From NCBI RefSeq assembly GCF_018350175.1, contig NC_058368.1:60514001-60578000 (forward strand): a stretch of DNA of 64,000 nt. Direction: 5' to 3'. Below the pieces are notes generated by a model. That model was not told where the DNA came from, did no database searches, and saw only the letters and a list, made by a program, of their open reading frames with translations. The stretch comes from Felis catus (Eukaryota). The position numbers and the translations under genes were made by a program. Positions 12,573 to 25,663 of this stretch are shown piece by piece. How positions within the stretch are numbered: the stretch's first letter is position 1; each line of letters opens with the position of its first letter.

Positions 12573-12809
12573 GGGAAAGATAAATAATATTTGATTTATC
12601 CAGTATATTGCTCTTTACCACCAAAAATGAACATGCACTTTGATTTACTGAGGTTTTCAACAGCCACGTTGGGGATTAAAGTTCACAGAAATTATCACGC
12701 TGTCAGTAATCACAGATATAAGTATATCTCATAAAAGTATAGCCTCTTCATTGTTGTTGTTGATGTTGTTTTTATATGTACTATTCTAGGACCCTTTTAA
12801 TAGCTATTT

Positions 12810-13205
12810 GATACTGAGCAAGTTAGTTTTCTCCTGCTTAACTTCCTCATCTATAAAATGGGGATAACAATAATATTTAATTGGGGCGCCTGGGTGGCTC
12901 AGTCGGTTAAGCGGCCGACTTCGGCTCAGGTCATGATCTTGCGGTTCGTGAGTTCGAGGCCGGCTTCGGGCTCTGTGCTGACAGCTCGGAGCCTGGAGCC
13001 TGCTTCCGATTCTGTGTCTCCCTCTCTCTGACCCTCCCCTGTTCATGCTCTGTCTCTCTCTGTCTGAAAAATAAATAAACGTTAAAAAAAATTAAAAAAA
13101 AACAATACTATTTAATTATAAGGCTGTAGTAGTGAGGATTACATGAATTATGCGTGTAAAATATTTAGAAGAGTGTCATACACATAGAAAGCACTCAACA
13201 TTTAG
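12810..13205 (+). mobile_element. MIR, interrupted by a CanSINE
   Basis: MIR core TTCCTCATCTATAAAATGGGGATAACAATA continues after the SINE as GTGAGGATTACATGA...CACATAGAAAGCACTCAA. Confidence 0.85.
12883..13100 (+). mobile_element. CanSINE (CpG-rich, young)
   Basis: Complete element; 17-bp TSD AACAATA(A/C)TATTTAATT at 12866-12882 and 13101-13117. Confidence 0.97.
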
Positions 13206-14084
13206 TCTTAATATTGTTTTGTTTTGTTTTGTTTTTTAATTTTATGTCAGGCACCAATGTTAGGCCACTGGTTGCATGAAGTTTTTTGATCGTAGGCTCC
13301 AGAGAAATGCATGGGCCACCCCTGAGGTCTGCCATATCTCAGCCAAGTTCAGCCAGGGCAGCCGAAGGTATAATAGCGGTACCCATGATCAGTACTATTT
13401 TATAGCCCCCTTCATCAAAGAGGTATAGCAAACCCTCAGAAAGATGGCTGATGGCATTAAAGATAAGACATGAAAGAAACAGAACTTTCTCAAGGACGTA
13501 TTTTTTTTTTTTTTTTTTTTTTTTTTGTCTGACGGGATTTACAGAAAGCATGGTATACTTGAAAGAGAAATCTGGCCAGAGGGGATAAACCTCACTTGGT
13601 ATTCTGGCCACTCCAGGTATTGACACATCTCTTGATTTTTAAAATAGTGTGTTTTTACTTAGTATCAATTTTTCTAGAAGATTTACTTAGGATCAAACTT
13701 TTAGAAATATGATTATTTTAGAATAGTTGTATCCCTTGCTTAAATGTAATAACAAAAAATGTACAGGCTGGGTCTTTGAAAAAGCAATTTCAGATAATGC
13801 TTCACAGAGAATTATAATGAATCAGTGTAACACTGCTTTCTTCTTAAAAAGAAAAAAAATAAAGATAAGAAAATACAGCTAAAAACAACTCTTTGAAAAT
13901 GAAGACTCTTTTTATGTTTGGCATACTGAAAGTGAAAATAGTTTATGGCAGCATTTATGGAATACCCAAGACTGTCTACAAATGCAAAGTGAATAATAAC
14001 GATGATGATCGCATTAGAAACAAATGCTATTATACATGGGCGTTTGTGAAGTGCAAATGACTGCATGCATTGCTTCTGATCCTA

Positions 14085-14240
14085 ATAGCAAAGTAGGTGT
14101 TATTATTATTATCAGGTGGTATCATTTCTCTTTTACAGATATTGTATATAATGACCAGAGAAGTTATATAACTTGTCCCAGGTCTCTGACAAGGTAGTAC
14201 CAAGAGATAACCAGATGGGCCACTCCCGTTGGTCTGCATC
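14085..14240 (-). mobile_element. MIR fragment
   Basis: TTTTACAGAT...CAGAGAAGTTATATAACTTGTCCCAGGTC. Confidence 0.6.
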
Positions 14241-15599
14241 AATGTCTTTTCTTAAGCTAGGCCAGAGAAACTTGTCCTCTAAGAATAACACTTGTGCTTT
14301 TCCCCAAACCAAATTGCTGCACTAATTTTTATATTGATGTCCAGAGCCTCCACTCTATTGGTACTAGAGGAAGTAAGCATTCAACCCAGGTGCATATGTA
14401 CAATTCTAAAATCCCTACTCTTAAAAATTCATTATTTTGCAATTGGCCATTATTGACAGTGACCACTGTAGACATTCTCATTTGCTAGACAACTAGTTCT
14501 ATAGAAGAAACACTATTTCTATTTCTATTAGCATCACCTGAACCATAGGGCAAGAAAATGCATAGCATTAGTTGTCCTGCACATCAGACATGTATGATGC
14601 TCTTCCGTGTTTCTTCTGAAAAATCTGGCTCCTTAGTGTATAAATTGTTGGTGGTTGGTGTAGGTTTGCTAATGATTTAAAGACACGACATAGTCAAGTT
14701 TCTCGCATTAGAGGTATGCAGGATTGCTTAGAAGGGGATCTCTCTTTTCCAAAACAAAATAAACAGAAGCCACTGGAGGGAGGATTTATATTTGATTTGA
14801 ATCTCATCACAATCTTTTTTTCTCCCAGGGGAAAAATAAAGTGAACATTAAGCCCATTATGCTTGAATAAACTTTTGAATTTGCAAGACGTGAGCAACCA
14901 AATTTCAATTTACATCAGAACGATTAAATATAATTGTTTCTAAATCCTTGTAAGACAGGGCTCAGGACAACCATTTCTAAATCTATGGTTTTTATACAAA
15001 TCATTTTCTAACTGCTCTCTGTATTTATAACTCTGTGACTTTTCTCATGAACTTCTTTTCTTTAAAGTTTTGATTTTTGCAGCCTGTTTCATTTTTTTGA
15101 AAGTTCAAAACTGACATTGGCAAAGAGGTTCCCAATTCACCTGAATTCAAGAGAAAAAGGGATGTGTTACCAAACTGCCTAATATCCACAGCATGGAGTG
15201 AATGCTTATTGAAGGTAGGAGATAACTTACAGGAGGAAATAGAAAGAAGAGATATAGCTAACATTTACAGAAACTACTTATGAAACCCTGGGAAGTGTCT
15301 TTAGAACAATAACACCTTGGGAGTGACATTCGTGAGTCCATTTCCTAGGAAGCATCACTGTGCGTGCGTGTCCAGAGAAGCTGGCTTCAGGGTTTTGCAT
15401 GGGGGAGATAGAGTTCTGCCAGATGGGCACACACAGTGTGGGATATACACCAGTGCCGTGTCTGTGCTGTCTCCGTCTGTGCAGCATATGGGATGAGGCT
15501 GTGCCTTTGATGAGAAACAAGCCTGTAAGATAAATACGACTCATCCTTGCAGATACATGGGAACAAAAGAAATATAAGAAATCCAAGCAGAAACCTTGA

Positions 15600-16039
15600 T
15601 AGATTTGGCCACACATAAATTTCAAATGTCCACGCATTAAAACACATTAAACGGGGCATTTCAATAGAAAAATACGGTAAGAAATATAAGCTGACAATAT
15701 AAGCTGACAATATAAGCTCAAGACATAAAAGACAACCTATGAAGGAGCCTCGAAATGTATTGAACTTCACTTGTAATCAAACAAAAAAGGAACGCAATTA
15801 AAATAACAATGAAACCCCATTGGTAAAGACCAAAGAAGAGGGAATGAATGTTAGCAACAAGTAGGAAACTGGCCCTTTTATACATTGTTATTGAGAATGG
15901 AGGAAATACATGATAAATACACTTGAAAGAGAAACTATCTTATCTGTCTGCCTATCTATCTGTCTTAAACTCAAGCTTAAAGTGTCTGTGATTTTGATAC
16001 AGTAATATCATGTACTGGAATTTGTCAAAAAGACAGCTA

Positions 16040-16093
<54 letters not shown>

Positions 16094-16420
16094 TTTGGAA
16101 TTTCATTATAGTACTTTTTGGTAAATGTTAAAAATGGAAATAGAGACAACCTAAGTGTTAGAGTTTATATATGTGTATTATTTCATTGCAAATTTTCCTG
16201 ACATGATTCATGAAAGTAGTCAAAAACATAGTTTTAAAGAATGTGTAAGGATATAGTGGTTATAATTACAATTATTATTGATTTAAAAAGTTTACAACAC
16301 AACATGTACCATATAAGGTTAATTATGTAATTATAACATGAAAATTCAGAACCAAAAATTTTAAAAATGGCTGTGTCTGGGTTATAGAATATTTTTCGTT
16401 ACTCTTTTATCAAATTCACA
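15600..16420 (+). mobile_element. Highly decayed L1ME-like 3' fragments with a (CA)n tract at ~16043-16087
   Basis: CAATAGAAAAATACGGTAAG, CTTCACTTGTAATCAAA, CAATTAAAATAACAATGAAA, ACAACCTAAGTGT resemble the L1 ORF2/3'UTR end. Confidence 0.5.
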
Positions 16421-17090
16421 AAGGTAAATGTGTCTAATGTACTGAAAGTTATATAATTATGTGCAAAAATTTCCTAAACTGAATCTTTTTAACTTCTAGA
16501 TTTAATTGCAGGAGATGATAAATTAAAAATAGATTTTTGTTTTCAGGTCTGGGGGATACATCTATAAAAATAGATAATATTCTTACATCACTATTTATCT
16601 CTCTGGGTGATGATGATTCAGCTCATTTATATCCTGCCCACCCACTCATTCCTTTTCCTACCAATAGAATCATATCCTGCAGTTTAATTTTTCAGTTGGT
16701 TAAAATATTAAAGTAAATAAAAACTTTTAAACCACATTTTTATTAACTAGAAATTACCTCCACTCACTTTGTCAGAAGAGGTTATAACTGCCCTATTCCT
16801 TCATTCTCTTGCTCTCTACTATTCTGTATCTGACATTTATAATATTATTTTGTACCTGTAAGACAACAGCTATTCTGTAACCACATTGTGTAGAGATTGA
16901 CTCTCATATTAGAAAACAACTGGCAAGTATAATGCTTGATTATACTATGTCATATTTGTCACTTCAAGGCCAAGTGGTTTGATTCCTCTTTGGCTATGCT
17001 GTCATGATCACTGGGCAGTAAAGTAGAATGTTCCTCAGATCAAATGCATTTTCTTACATGCCATGGAAGCCATGAAAATGAACTTTGTAA

Positions 17091-17123
17091 TATGGCTATG
17101 TATATATGTATGTATACACATAC

Positions 17124-17222
<99 letters not shown>

Positions 17223-17683
17223 CATATATATATATATATACATATATACACACAATGGAATACTACTGGGCGATGAAAAATAATGAAATCTTGCCATTTG
17301 TAACAAAATGGATGGAACTAGAGGGTATCACATTAAGTAAAATAAGTCAGTCAGAGAAAGACAGCTATCATATGATTTCACTCATATGTGGAACTGAGAA
17401 ACTTGACAGATGACCATAGGGGAAGGAAAGGAAAAATAATATAAAAATAGAGAAGGAAGCAAGCCAGAAGAGACTCTTAAATACAGAGAACAAACTGAAG
17501 ATTGAGGGGGTAGAGGGGCAGAGGGTCGATTACATGGCTAATGGCATTAAGGAGGACACTCTTTGGGATGAGCACTGGGTGTCATATGTAAGAGATGAAT
17601 AACTGGGTTCTACTCCTGAAGCCAAGACTGTATGATAACTAACTTGAGAATAAAACAAAAAACAAAAAACAAAAAGCAAAAAA
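17091..17683 (+). mobile_element. 5'-truncated carnivore L1 (3' end) with compound microsatellite
   Basis: CACAATGGAATACTAC...NEILPFVTKWMELEGITLSKISQSEK, 3'UTR and (CAAAAA)n tail; possible decayed TSD at 17075-17090 and 17684-17699. Confidence 0.92.
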
Positions 17684-17699
17684 GAATTGAGCCTTGTAA

Positions 17700-18101
17700 A
17701 CCTTCAACTACAGGGAGCAGAGTAACCAAGGATCCTGGCTGCTGTGCTCTGAAATCAGTGCTGGCACTGCATAAATCCTGAAGCCAGATTCCCTGGGGGA
17801 TGCTCCTGGCCAAGGACTGCACAAAGGAGGGTCCCGGAGGCAGGCCAGTCCTGGATCACATAGCACTCTTCTCTGGGCTGCTGCTAGAACTACCTGAAGG
17901 GCTACTGCATCTCCCTTAGACATTGTAGATGCTCCTACCATAACTTCCTTCCCTGTTTTCCTCTTTCAAATTTGCCTAGCCCTCTGAAAGCCCTTCCAGC
18001 TGCCCAGCTCCTTGCCCACTTTCTCACAGGATCACTTACCCTAATTAAACCTGTTCAGGGGGAAGTTTACTATGCCCTCTACTTCTCTGGTTCCCTAACA
18101 C
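17700..18101 (+). mobile_element. LTR16-like ERVL LTR
   Basis: GCTCCTGGCCAAGGACTG...GCAGGCCAGTCCTGG...TCCTACCATAACTTCCTTCC...CCCTAATTAAACC...CTAACACA resemble LTR16. Confidence 0.65.
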
Positions 18102-18369
18102 AGATGCCAATATTTCCTCAAAATGATGAGATATTTTAATTTGCTTTTATTTTAATCCTTGGTTTTCTATGTTTCCTTAGTGATATCATTATACTAATTA
18201 TTAATGATATCAGTCATTATTTTATGTATTGTCCATTAATTATTAATTAAAATATTAATATACTATTCTATTAATAATGAAGTAACCATTTCCCTTTAAT
18301 CTATGTTTTATTACATAACTTTTTTCAAAGTCTCAGTTATAGTGTCAATTCTGATGCATACCATTTCTT

Positions 18370-18593
18370 TTATTTTTATTTTTAATTAAACATGTTTATT
18401 TGTTTTTGAGAGTGAGAGAGACAGAGAATGAGCAGGGGAGGGGCAAAGAGAGAGGGAGACACAGAATCGGAAGCAGGCTCCAGGCTCCAAGCTGTTAGCA
18501 CAGAGCCCCACTCGGGGCTTGAACTCAGGAATGGTGAGATCATGACCTGAGCCAAAGTTGGAGGTGTAACCAATGAAGCCAGCCAGGCACGCT
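18370..18593 (-). mobile_element. CanSINE
   Basis: 18-bp TSD TGATGCATACCATTTCTT at 18352-18369 and 18594-18611. Confidence 0.96.
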
Positions 18594-20479
18594 TGATGCA
18601 TACCATTTCTTCATGCCCGTGACCCCCTTCCCGGAGAACTCTGCTTTCTTGCTTTGACTCTTAATCTAGAATTTTCTTTTTCTGATCTCCAGGTTTGAAA
18701 TCATTATTGACTGGATCTCAGGATCTTTTATTCCTCATTTTTTTTCTGAGGCACATACGTAACTAATTTCCTAAGAAAGGCTGTGCCAGAATTAAATTTC
18801 CAAGTTTTGGAATTTTGTAATGGCTTTGTTCAGACTCAGATATTATTGATAACCTGTCAGGATCTTCAATTCTAGGCAGAAAATACTTATCCCTCAGAAG
18901 GTAGAAGGCCTTGTTCTACTGTCTTCTAATATATAGTTTTGCTAATAAGAATTCTGAGAACAGTTTATTTTATTTTTTGTTCGGTTTGTTTTCTTTTGAT
19001 TATTGATAATCTTTTTCTCCTCTCTGAATTCTCTTATAATCTTTTCTATATTATTCACATGTTCAATTTTACAGCAATATATATAAAGGTATACATTTTG
19101 TGCATATGTGTACAATTGGTAAAAATACTATTCAGATCCCATGTTATCTTTTATAGATGCCTGTATTCCATTTTCTTTGTTGTTCTTTTCTCAAATACCA
19201 TCAGTTCGAGAATCAGTCGCATGGGTTTCTCTTCTATGTCTTGTTTAACCTCCATTCTCAGGGTTTTTTTATTTGGTTGATACAGAGGGTATAGCCCCTA
19301 TTTATTTATTCCATAGCTTCTCTGGCATTTCTTATGAACCTCATGCCACTGGTAAGGAAACAGATATTTCAGATAACGATATCACAGTTTTTTTCCTGTT
19401 AAAATAATTTATTCATAGTTATCTTACCACCAGGGCTGATTTAAATAGTTCTTTTCATATAGATGAGTGTCTTTTAGACTGTGTTCCCCCTTCTCTTCCC
19501 CAAAATGGCAGCTGTATATAAGAGGTTCTTGTTGTGTCCTTGTTGTTGTTAAGAGGATCTCAGGTTCATGAATTTCTGTGCTATTTTCTGTTGTAGGGGC
19601 TGCTGTGCTATGACTACTGGATAGGTAACCACTGTCTTTGGACTGGCTCTGTTTGGCATTTTGTGGGACATGCCTATAACTGCAGCGAGGATCTATGGTT
19701 CTTGTTCTTTGTGTCTGAAAGTCATCATATTCTAGACTTCTTTTTTCTAACCGTCAGCCTGTAAATTTTTACTCCTACGCTCAGCCCTTTCTTTTTATTT
19801 TGTGAAATAAGCAATTATTTCCCAACTGCCAGTTCCCTGCACATAGGTTGGGGGTGGAGGTAGAGAATTATCCCTGTATCTTGACTAATTACTTCACCCA
19901 ACATTCTCATTCTTCACTTGCATAATCCCTCTGACACCTTGGTTGGCAGGGCCCTAATGTTCTTCAGTGGACCCATGGCTTTCTCCATGCTAGGTCAACG
20001 GCAACAACACACTTGCTTTATATGTTCAGGCTTCCCAGTGCATATTTGGTAGTATCTGAAACCTGTACTTTGCTAAGATTAGGACCTAATGGACATAGCG
20101 TCAGTTAGGAAGGGAGACCTCTTCATACAACCACTATCTTCCTTCTTCCTTTAACAATCCTCAAGGTCGGAAAGGAGCAGCCCTTTCATTTATTTTTTTT
20201 TCCTCTTTCAGGCCAGTCTCATGATGCAGCCCAGTGGCAGGTAGAATCAACAGGGAAACCAGTTCTGTGGTAGAAAAGCACAGATCAGGAGGTGTTTTAA
20301 GAATATTGTATTTACCACTGGACTTTTAGGTGTCCTCTGAGGAACACTTCTATATTCCCCTCCTGAGTGTGGAATTTATTGAAAAATAATACAGAGAAGT
20401 CAGATAAGTGGAGAAAAATGGCATTTTTATGACTAACAGAGCTGTTTGGTGAATGTGGCTTCAAGAATATGGCCATTTG

Positions 20480-20592
20480 ACTCTGCATTGACAGTAAAGA
20501 GCCTGCTTGGGGTTCTCTCTCTCTCCCTCTCTCTTTGCCCCTCCCCTATACACACGTGCTCTCTCTCAAAATAAATAAATAAACTTAAAAAA
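20480..20592 (+). mobile_element. 5'-truncated CanSINE
   Basis: GACAGTAAAGAGCCTGCTTGGG, (CT)n, AAAATAAATAAATAAAC; tRNA-derived head absent. Confidence 0.85.
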
Positions 20593-21179
20593 CCTGGTAT
20601 GCTTAAATAAAAATTGGTTTAAAAAAAGAATATAACCACTTGGATTTGGAAATGCTTCACCTCAGGGTTAAACGACTGACCCACACGATATTGGCAGCAC
20701 TGGACAAAGATGGCATTTCCGACCAGGGAAAGCTTATCCTCTGGAGGAGTGGAAGAAGTAGGCACCCTGTGAGCTAGGTGTCCCAACAGGAGAACTTGGA
20801 GTACCCCGAGCCCATCAAGCAAATGTATCATTTCTCTGCCCTTAGAGGACAGGAAGGAGCACAGTGGAGTAGATGTGTTCTTCCCTGACCTTTATTCCTT
20901 GGGTTCTGAGGTAGGAATTTGTTCCTCTTTCATTGAAATATGAGGAACGGGAAATAAATATTCAGATTTTTTTCTTGTTAGATTAAATGATTAATTCTAT
21001 GATCACCCCAATTGCAGCTGCCAACTTGCATGGAGGAGAGGGGTGACTGATGAGGCTAGCCCTGTTTCCAACTTCATGATGCCCCTCCCCTAATGCCAGC
21101 CTGGCTTCTGTGTTCCTCCTCCTGGATTCACTGGCAGGAAGTTAGTTTCTTCCCCAGAGGGTTTTGAAAACGGTTAGAA

Positions 21180-21347
21180 CCTTAGGGTTTCCGTCCAGAG
21201 GAATCAGCATCACTGGAGGCTTGTTAGAAATGCAGAATTTGTTAGAAATGCGAAATTTCAGACCCAGCCCCATCTACTGATTCTGTAGTTTAACAGGATC
21301 TCTAGGTAATTCTTATGTACATCGAAGTTGGAGAAGCACTAGTGTAG
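21180..21347. mobile_element. MER5B-like hAT fossil with internal TTGTTAGAAATGC duplication
   Basis: CAGCATCACTGGAGGCTTGTTAGAAATGCAGAAT...TTAACAGGATCTCTAGGTAATTCTTATGTACAT...GAGAAGCACT. Confidence 0.75.
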
Positions 21348-23999
21348 AACAAGTCATTAATTAAGCGATCTCAAAGGCTTTGCTACATCCTAAACTGAGT
21401 ATTTCCTCCCAGTTTCCCAGCACAAATTACGCATGACTGCGATCTTCAATGTTCCTCATTGAGATTATGAAACGAAATTAAATGGTTGTGGATGAAGTAA
21501 TCGATGAGATTAAATGGGAGCTAGTGGAAGAGACTGATGGCAGTCGGTCACACATTCTCCATGTTTATGCAGTTCAGAAGAATACGTTCCAATTCCAAAT
21601 GGAATCCCCTCCCCCAATAATGAATATAAAACTTGAAAATATATCAGAGTTCATAGTTACCGTTAAAGTAAAGAAATTAAATCCTTAAATTAAATTAATT
21701 AAAGAAATTAAATTAAGCTTTTTGACGCTGTGAGCTACCGTGGCTTTCTGCGATGCTCAGGCGGGTAACCCACGCTGAAGGCTGGCCAGCGGAGAGCTCG
21801 CTCTCAGCGGCTGCTGCCAGGACTGTCATCCCCTTACTCATACTGTCTTCTCACTCAGAAAGTGGCATTTGAGGCATATGTGCCTTTAGCGATGTGTGGA
21901 AATTTGCACTGATGATGGCCCAGTTCCCAGATCTGGAGATCTCTTTTTTCCTGTGTTATTGGGCATAACGCAAAAGAGGAAAAAATCCTCCTTGTGACCA
22001 ATGTCTCCACACAACATTGCGAGGCCCTGACCGTCTTTTTTTTCTTTCACCTTTTGAATATTTCCAGTCCGGATTAGCATTTCTTTCTACCCTCTCTTTC
22101 TCTGCAGTGGGAGGCTATGCCTTTTTTAACTTTTGCTTCCTTTTACCCCTGCACTTTGAGGAAGGCTCTGCTGAGCCTTTTTAGCAGTTTAGCCCCTGTT
22201 CACCTCTTTTTTTTTTCTCTACCACATGTAGAGCAAGCAATTTTGCTAAATATAAAGATTTATTTTACCCTTTCTCTGGTAGTGTGAGACGTTTGCATTC
22301 CCTATCGGATTCTCTAGTTTTGTTTTGTGTGGCCCCTTGGTTTGATAGAGCAAATGAACGCATTCTGGGTCTGTAAAAAACATTGAATATTAAAATAAAA
22401 TTATGTATTTTCACGTCTCTTCTGAATATTTGCACCAAGGGGACATTTTGCCCTCAGACCAGGGATGAATACGATTTATTACTATCCAGCCTGGTGTGGT
22501 GCTGGGTACCTGGTGACTCCTCCCTTTGCACCTGCTTCCTCCAAGCACAAGCAATACTTCCCCACCTACGTTAGCTGGGTGCCCTTGCCTCTCGTTCAGT
22601 AACTATATGGTTATATACACTGATGTCACTACTGGTCATTCCCTCTCAAAACCCTTCATACCTGCTCTACCAAACATTTCTAAAGTTTCCCTAACTATTC
22701 AGTCCTTATCTTAAAATTGTCATTCATCTTGTTTTGTAGATTCTTTACTTAATTTAATTAAGAGGACACCTCGCAATGTTTTTTTGGACTCTTTATTTGA
22801 TGAGGATCCCAATCAGTAAGACCTTGCTTTTTTTCTGCTATTGTTTATTCATTCATTTGAGGGGAATCCAGTCACTCTTCCTGACCTACTGGAAGCCAAA
22901 ACAGGTTCCCCTTTTTAATACCTTCCTGAAAACTAATGATACCAAAGTTTGTCTCTCTGCTTTCTAATCTGTATGGCTTGACCTCCAAGATTTCATTTGT
23001 CCTCTTTCAAAGGTGTGTATCCTCTCCTTTAAAATCACAGCATTTCTCTTGTGGAAATTCTCTCATCTTCATGCTTAATGATTATTTATTTTTATATTTG
23101 TACTTATTGTGTTTTCACACAATTTATTGTGTTTACACTACTCCTGATATCAAGACAAAAGAGTATTTTTAAGTCGATCTGGTCACTCCTAGATTTCCTG
23201 AGAAATAAGATTCCTAGACACAGAATGTTCTAGATCAGGTTTTTTTGAGTTGCCTTCTTACATCTTTGCAATTGCAATGATTTTATTGACATGTTTTTTG
23301 TCATCAAAGTATGCCCCTTATAAATTAATGGCCTCTTTGTCATATTTTGCAATAAGATCTACTGAGCTCATGTGGATGGAGCCACAATCTTGATCTTTGA
23401 AATCTAACATTTTAATCAGAATTTTGGAAACAACTTAATTCAGGTTCTGTTCTGAGACTGAATGAGGGACAGGTCTGACTCAAGAGAAAATATATGTTAC
23501 TAAAAATTTGTACCCTCAGATGTTTTTCTTTTAACCCTTAATGTAGCTAAAAACTAGGTAAAAACCAGCAGAATACAGAACACCTGATCTGCCACTATCT
23601 AGCTCACACGTTGGTCACTCTCTGAACTTCTCACTGGAAATTTAGTTAGCTTTGCAGTTATAAATTGTAATCTGAGGCAACGGCTGAGAAGCACAAGAAA
23701 AGCGGGGAGAATAATCCACATTTCAATGATTTCAATGTTAAGTTTAATGACTCTTTGCTTGTTTTAAATAAACATAATGTAGGTCTCAAAGTCTCCTTTG
23801 GTTCAATATGATTTATTTGCTACATAAAATCTGTATCAGCTTAGATGGGATTGTGTTTGGTCATGAAGGACCATCTCTTGCCTTAGGTTAGATCAGTGTC
23901 AGCAGCAGAGAATTCTATTCCTGCACATTAAGTTCTGTAGAACCCACATTTAATGTCAAAGGCCCATTAAAAACAGCACTGAACCTCTAAAAACAGCGA

Positions 24000-24214
24000 G
24001 GGGTGCCTGAGTGGCTCCGTCGGTTAAGCATCTGACATCGGCTCAGGTCATAATGTTGTAGTTTGTGAGTTCAAGCCTGGCGCTGGGCTCTGTGCTGACA
24101 AGCTCAGAGCCCGGAGCCTGCTTCAGATTCTGTGCCTCCCCCTCTTTCTGCCCCTCCCATGCTCATGCTCTGTCTCTCTCTGTCTCTCAATAATAAATAA
24201 ACGTTAAAAAGAAT
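24000..24214 (+). mobile_element. CanSINE
   Basis: TSD TAAAAACAG(C/T)GA at 23988-23999 and 24215-24226. Confidence 0.96.
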
Positions 24215-25273
24215 TAAAAACAGTGAATCCCCTATGGATAAGCCACTATGAAAGGCTGAATTCAAAGTGTCACATGACCTTTATATCCTAAAGATTTTCA
24301 TTAGTACTACACCAAATTTCCATCATATTTGGTCCTCAAATCTGAGAACTTCTACATTTTTAAGGTTTCAAATCATGCTAAAGGATGCTGAGTTTTTCTG
24401 AAACCAATAGAAAACCACCACTTTCTACTTTTTTCATATTTGAAATAAGACACAGAACAGAAAAATTAAATGTGAAATGCTAGGTTAATTATTGATAACG
24501 CTGAGTAGAGAAGAGAACATTAGTTAATTTGGCAAAATGTACTTGCTTATCCTTTACCCTGGAATTAGGTAAACTTAGTCATGCAGTCCCTAGTGCCACC
24601 GGACATCTGCACACCTCCCCTGCAGGCAGGGACAAGACTCTAAGCTTACTCCATAGAGCAAAAGAGGATGCATATGTCTTGCAAAGCAGCTGGGTGCAGG
24701 AGGAAACCTAGGAGGCATTGAGTCAACCACACTCATTTCTTTTCTTAAACGTATTAGTCAGATGTGTTTCTCCCACACATTTGTCTCCTGGGGAGTAGAG
24801 TATAAAGTCACTCTTTTCTATGAAAGTAAGAAAAAATGGGGAAAAAATACACCTCCACTGTATTATGCAAATATAGATGGAGGCAATGGTTTTTGCATTC
24901 AGTTGGTTGTTCTTTTCATCAACTTTTTAGCCCGTTATTTTGGGAAATAATTGAAAGGAGTAAATATTGTCTTCTCCAAAGCATGAAAATATTAGTTTTT
25001 CTCATTTTGGCAGTGCTAATTAGTTCTCATTGATGGCTGATTTAGTTGTGCTCTTTGAGTGAAGAGGTGAGTGACAGGCCAACTAGATCACTGAGCAAAT
25101 TTGTGTTTATCTGAGTGAGACAGGGGAGGGACATTTTCTTAATAAAGATGTGATTCCAGTCATAGCTCCACTACTTGACTTTGGGCAAATGGCAATCTTT
25201 TTATGCTTTTTATTTCAGTTCTTCAAAATGAACACAAGAATTCCATAAGCTCATTGTTATTACTAAATGAAGA

Positions 25274-25306
25274 AATATATATATATATGTATATATACAT
25301 ATATAC

Positions 25307-25341
<35 letters not shown>

Positions 25342-25345
25342 TATA
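25274..25345. repeat. (TA)n microsatellite inside a decayed MIR
   Basis: Direct reading; flanks TGACTTTGGGCAAAT and ACACACTGCCTAACATAT are MIR-like. Confidence 0.9.
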
Positions 25346-25440
25346 AATTGCATAACACACTGCCTAACATATTACTGAAGTAATATTGGCAATCTGGTTA
25401 TTAATTATTACCAGCGTCATTTAAAGACACAAAGTTACTT

Positions 25441-25501
25441 TATTTATTTGTTTGTTTATTTATTTATTTTGAGAGAGAATGCAGGAGCATAGGGAGGGAG
25501 G

Positions 25502-25539
<38 letters not shown>

Positions 25540-25663
25540 CCCAACAGACTCTGTGTTGTCAGCAGGGAGCTTGAGGTAGTCTCTGTCTCACGAACCATGA
25601 GATCATGACCTGAGCCAAAAGCAAGAGTCGGTTTCTTAACCAACTGAGCCACCCACATGCCCC
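25441..25663 (-). mobile_element. CanSINE
   Basis: (TTTA)n tail, (GA)n, head CTGAGCCACCCACATGCCCC; TSD ACAAAGTTA(C/T)TT. Confidence 0.93.

Noticed and set aside
12883..12960. tRNA-like A/B boxes in SINE heads
   Set aside because: They belong to tRNA-derived SINEs; no intact cloverleaf, so not called as tRNA genes.
15683..15720. 13-bp unit AATATAAGCTGAC repeated about three times
   Set aside because: Simple slippage inside a decayed L1; no spacers.
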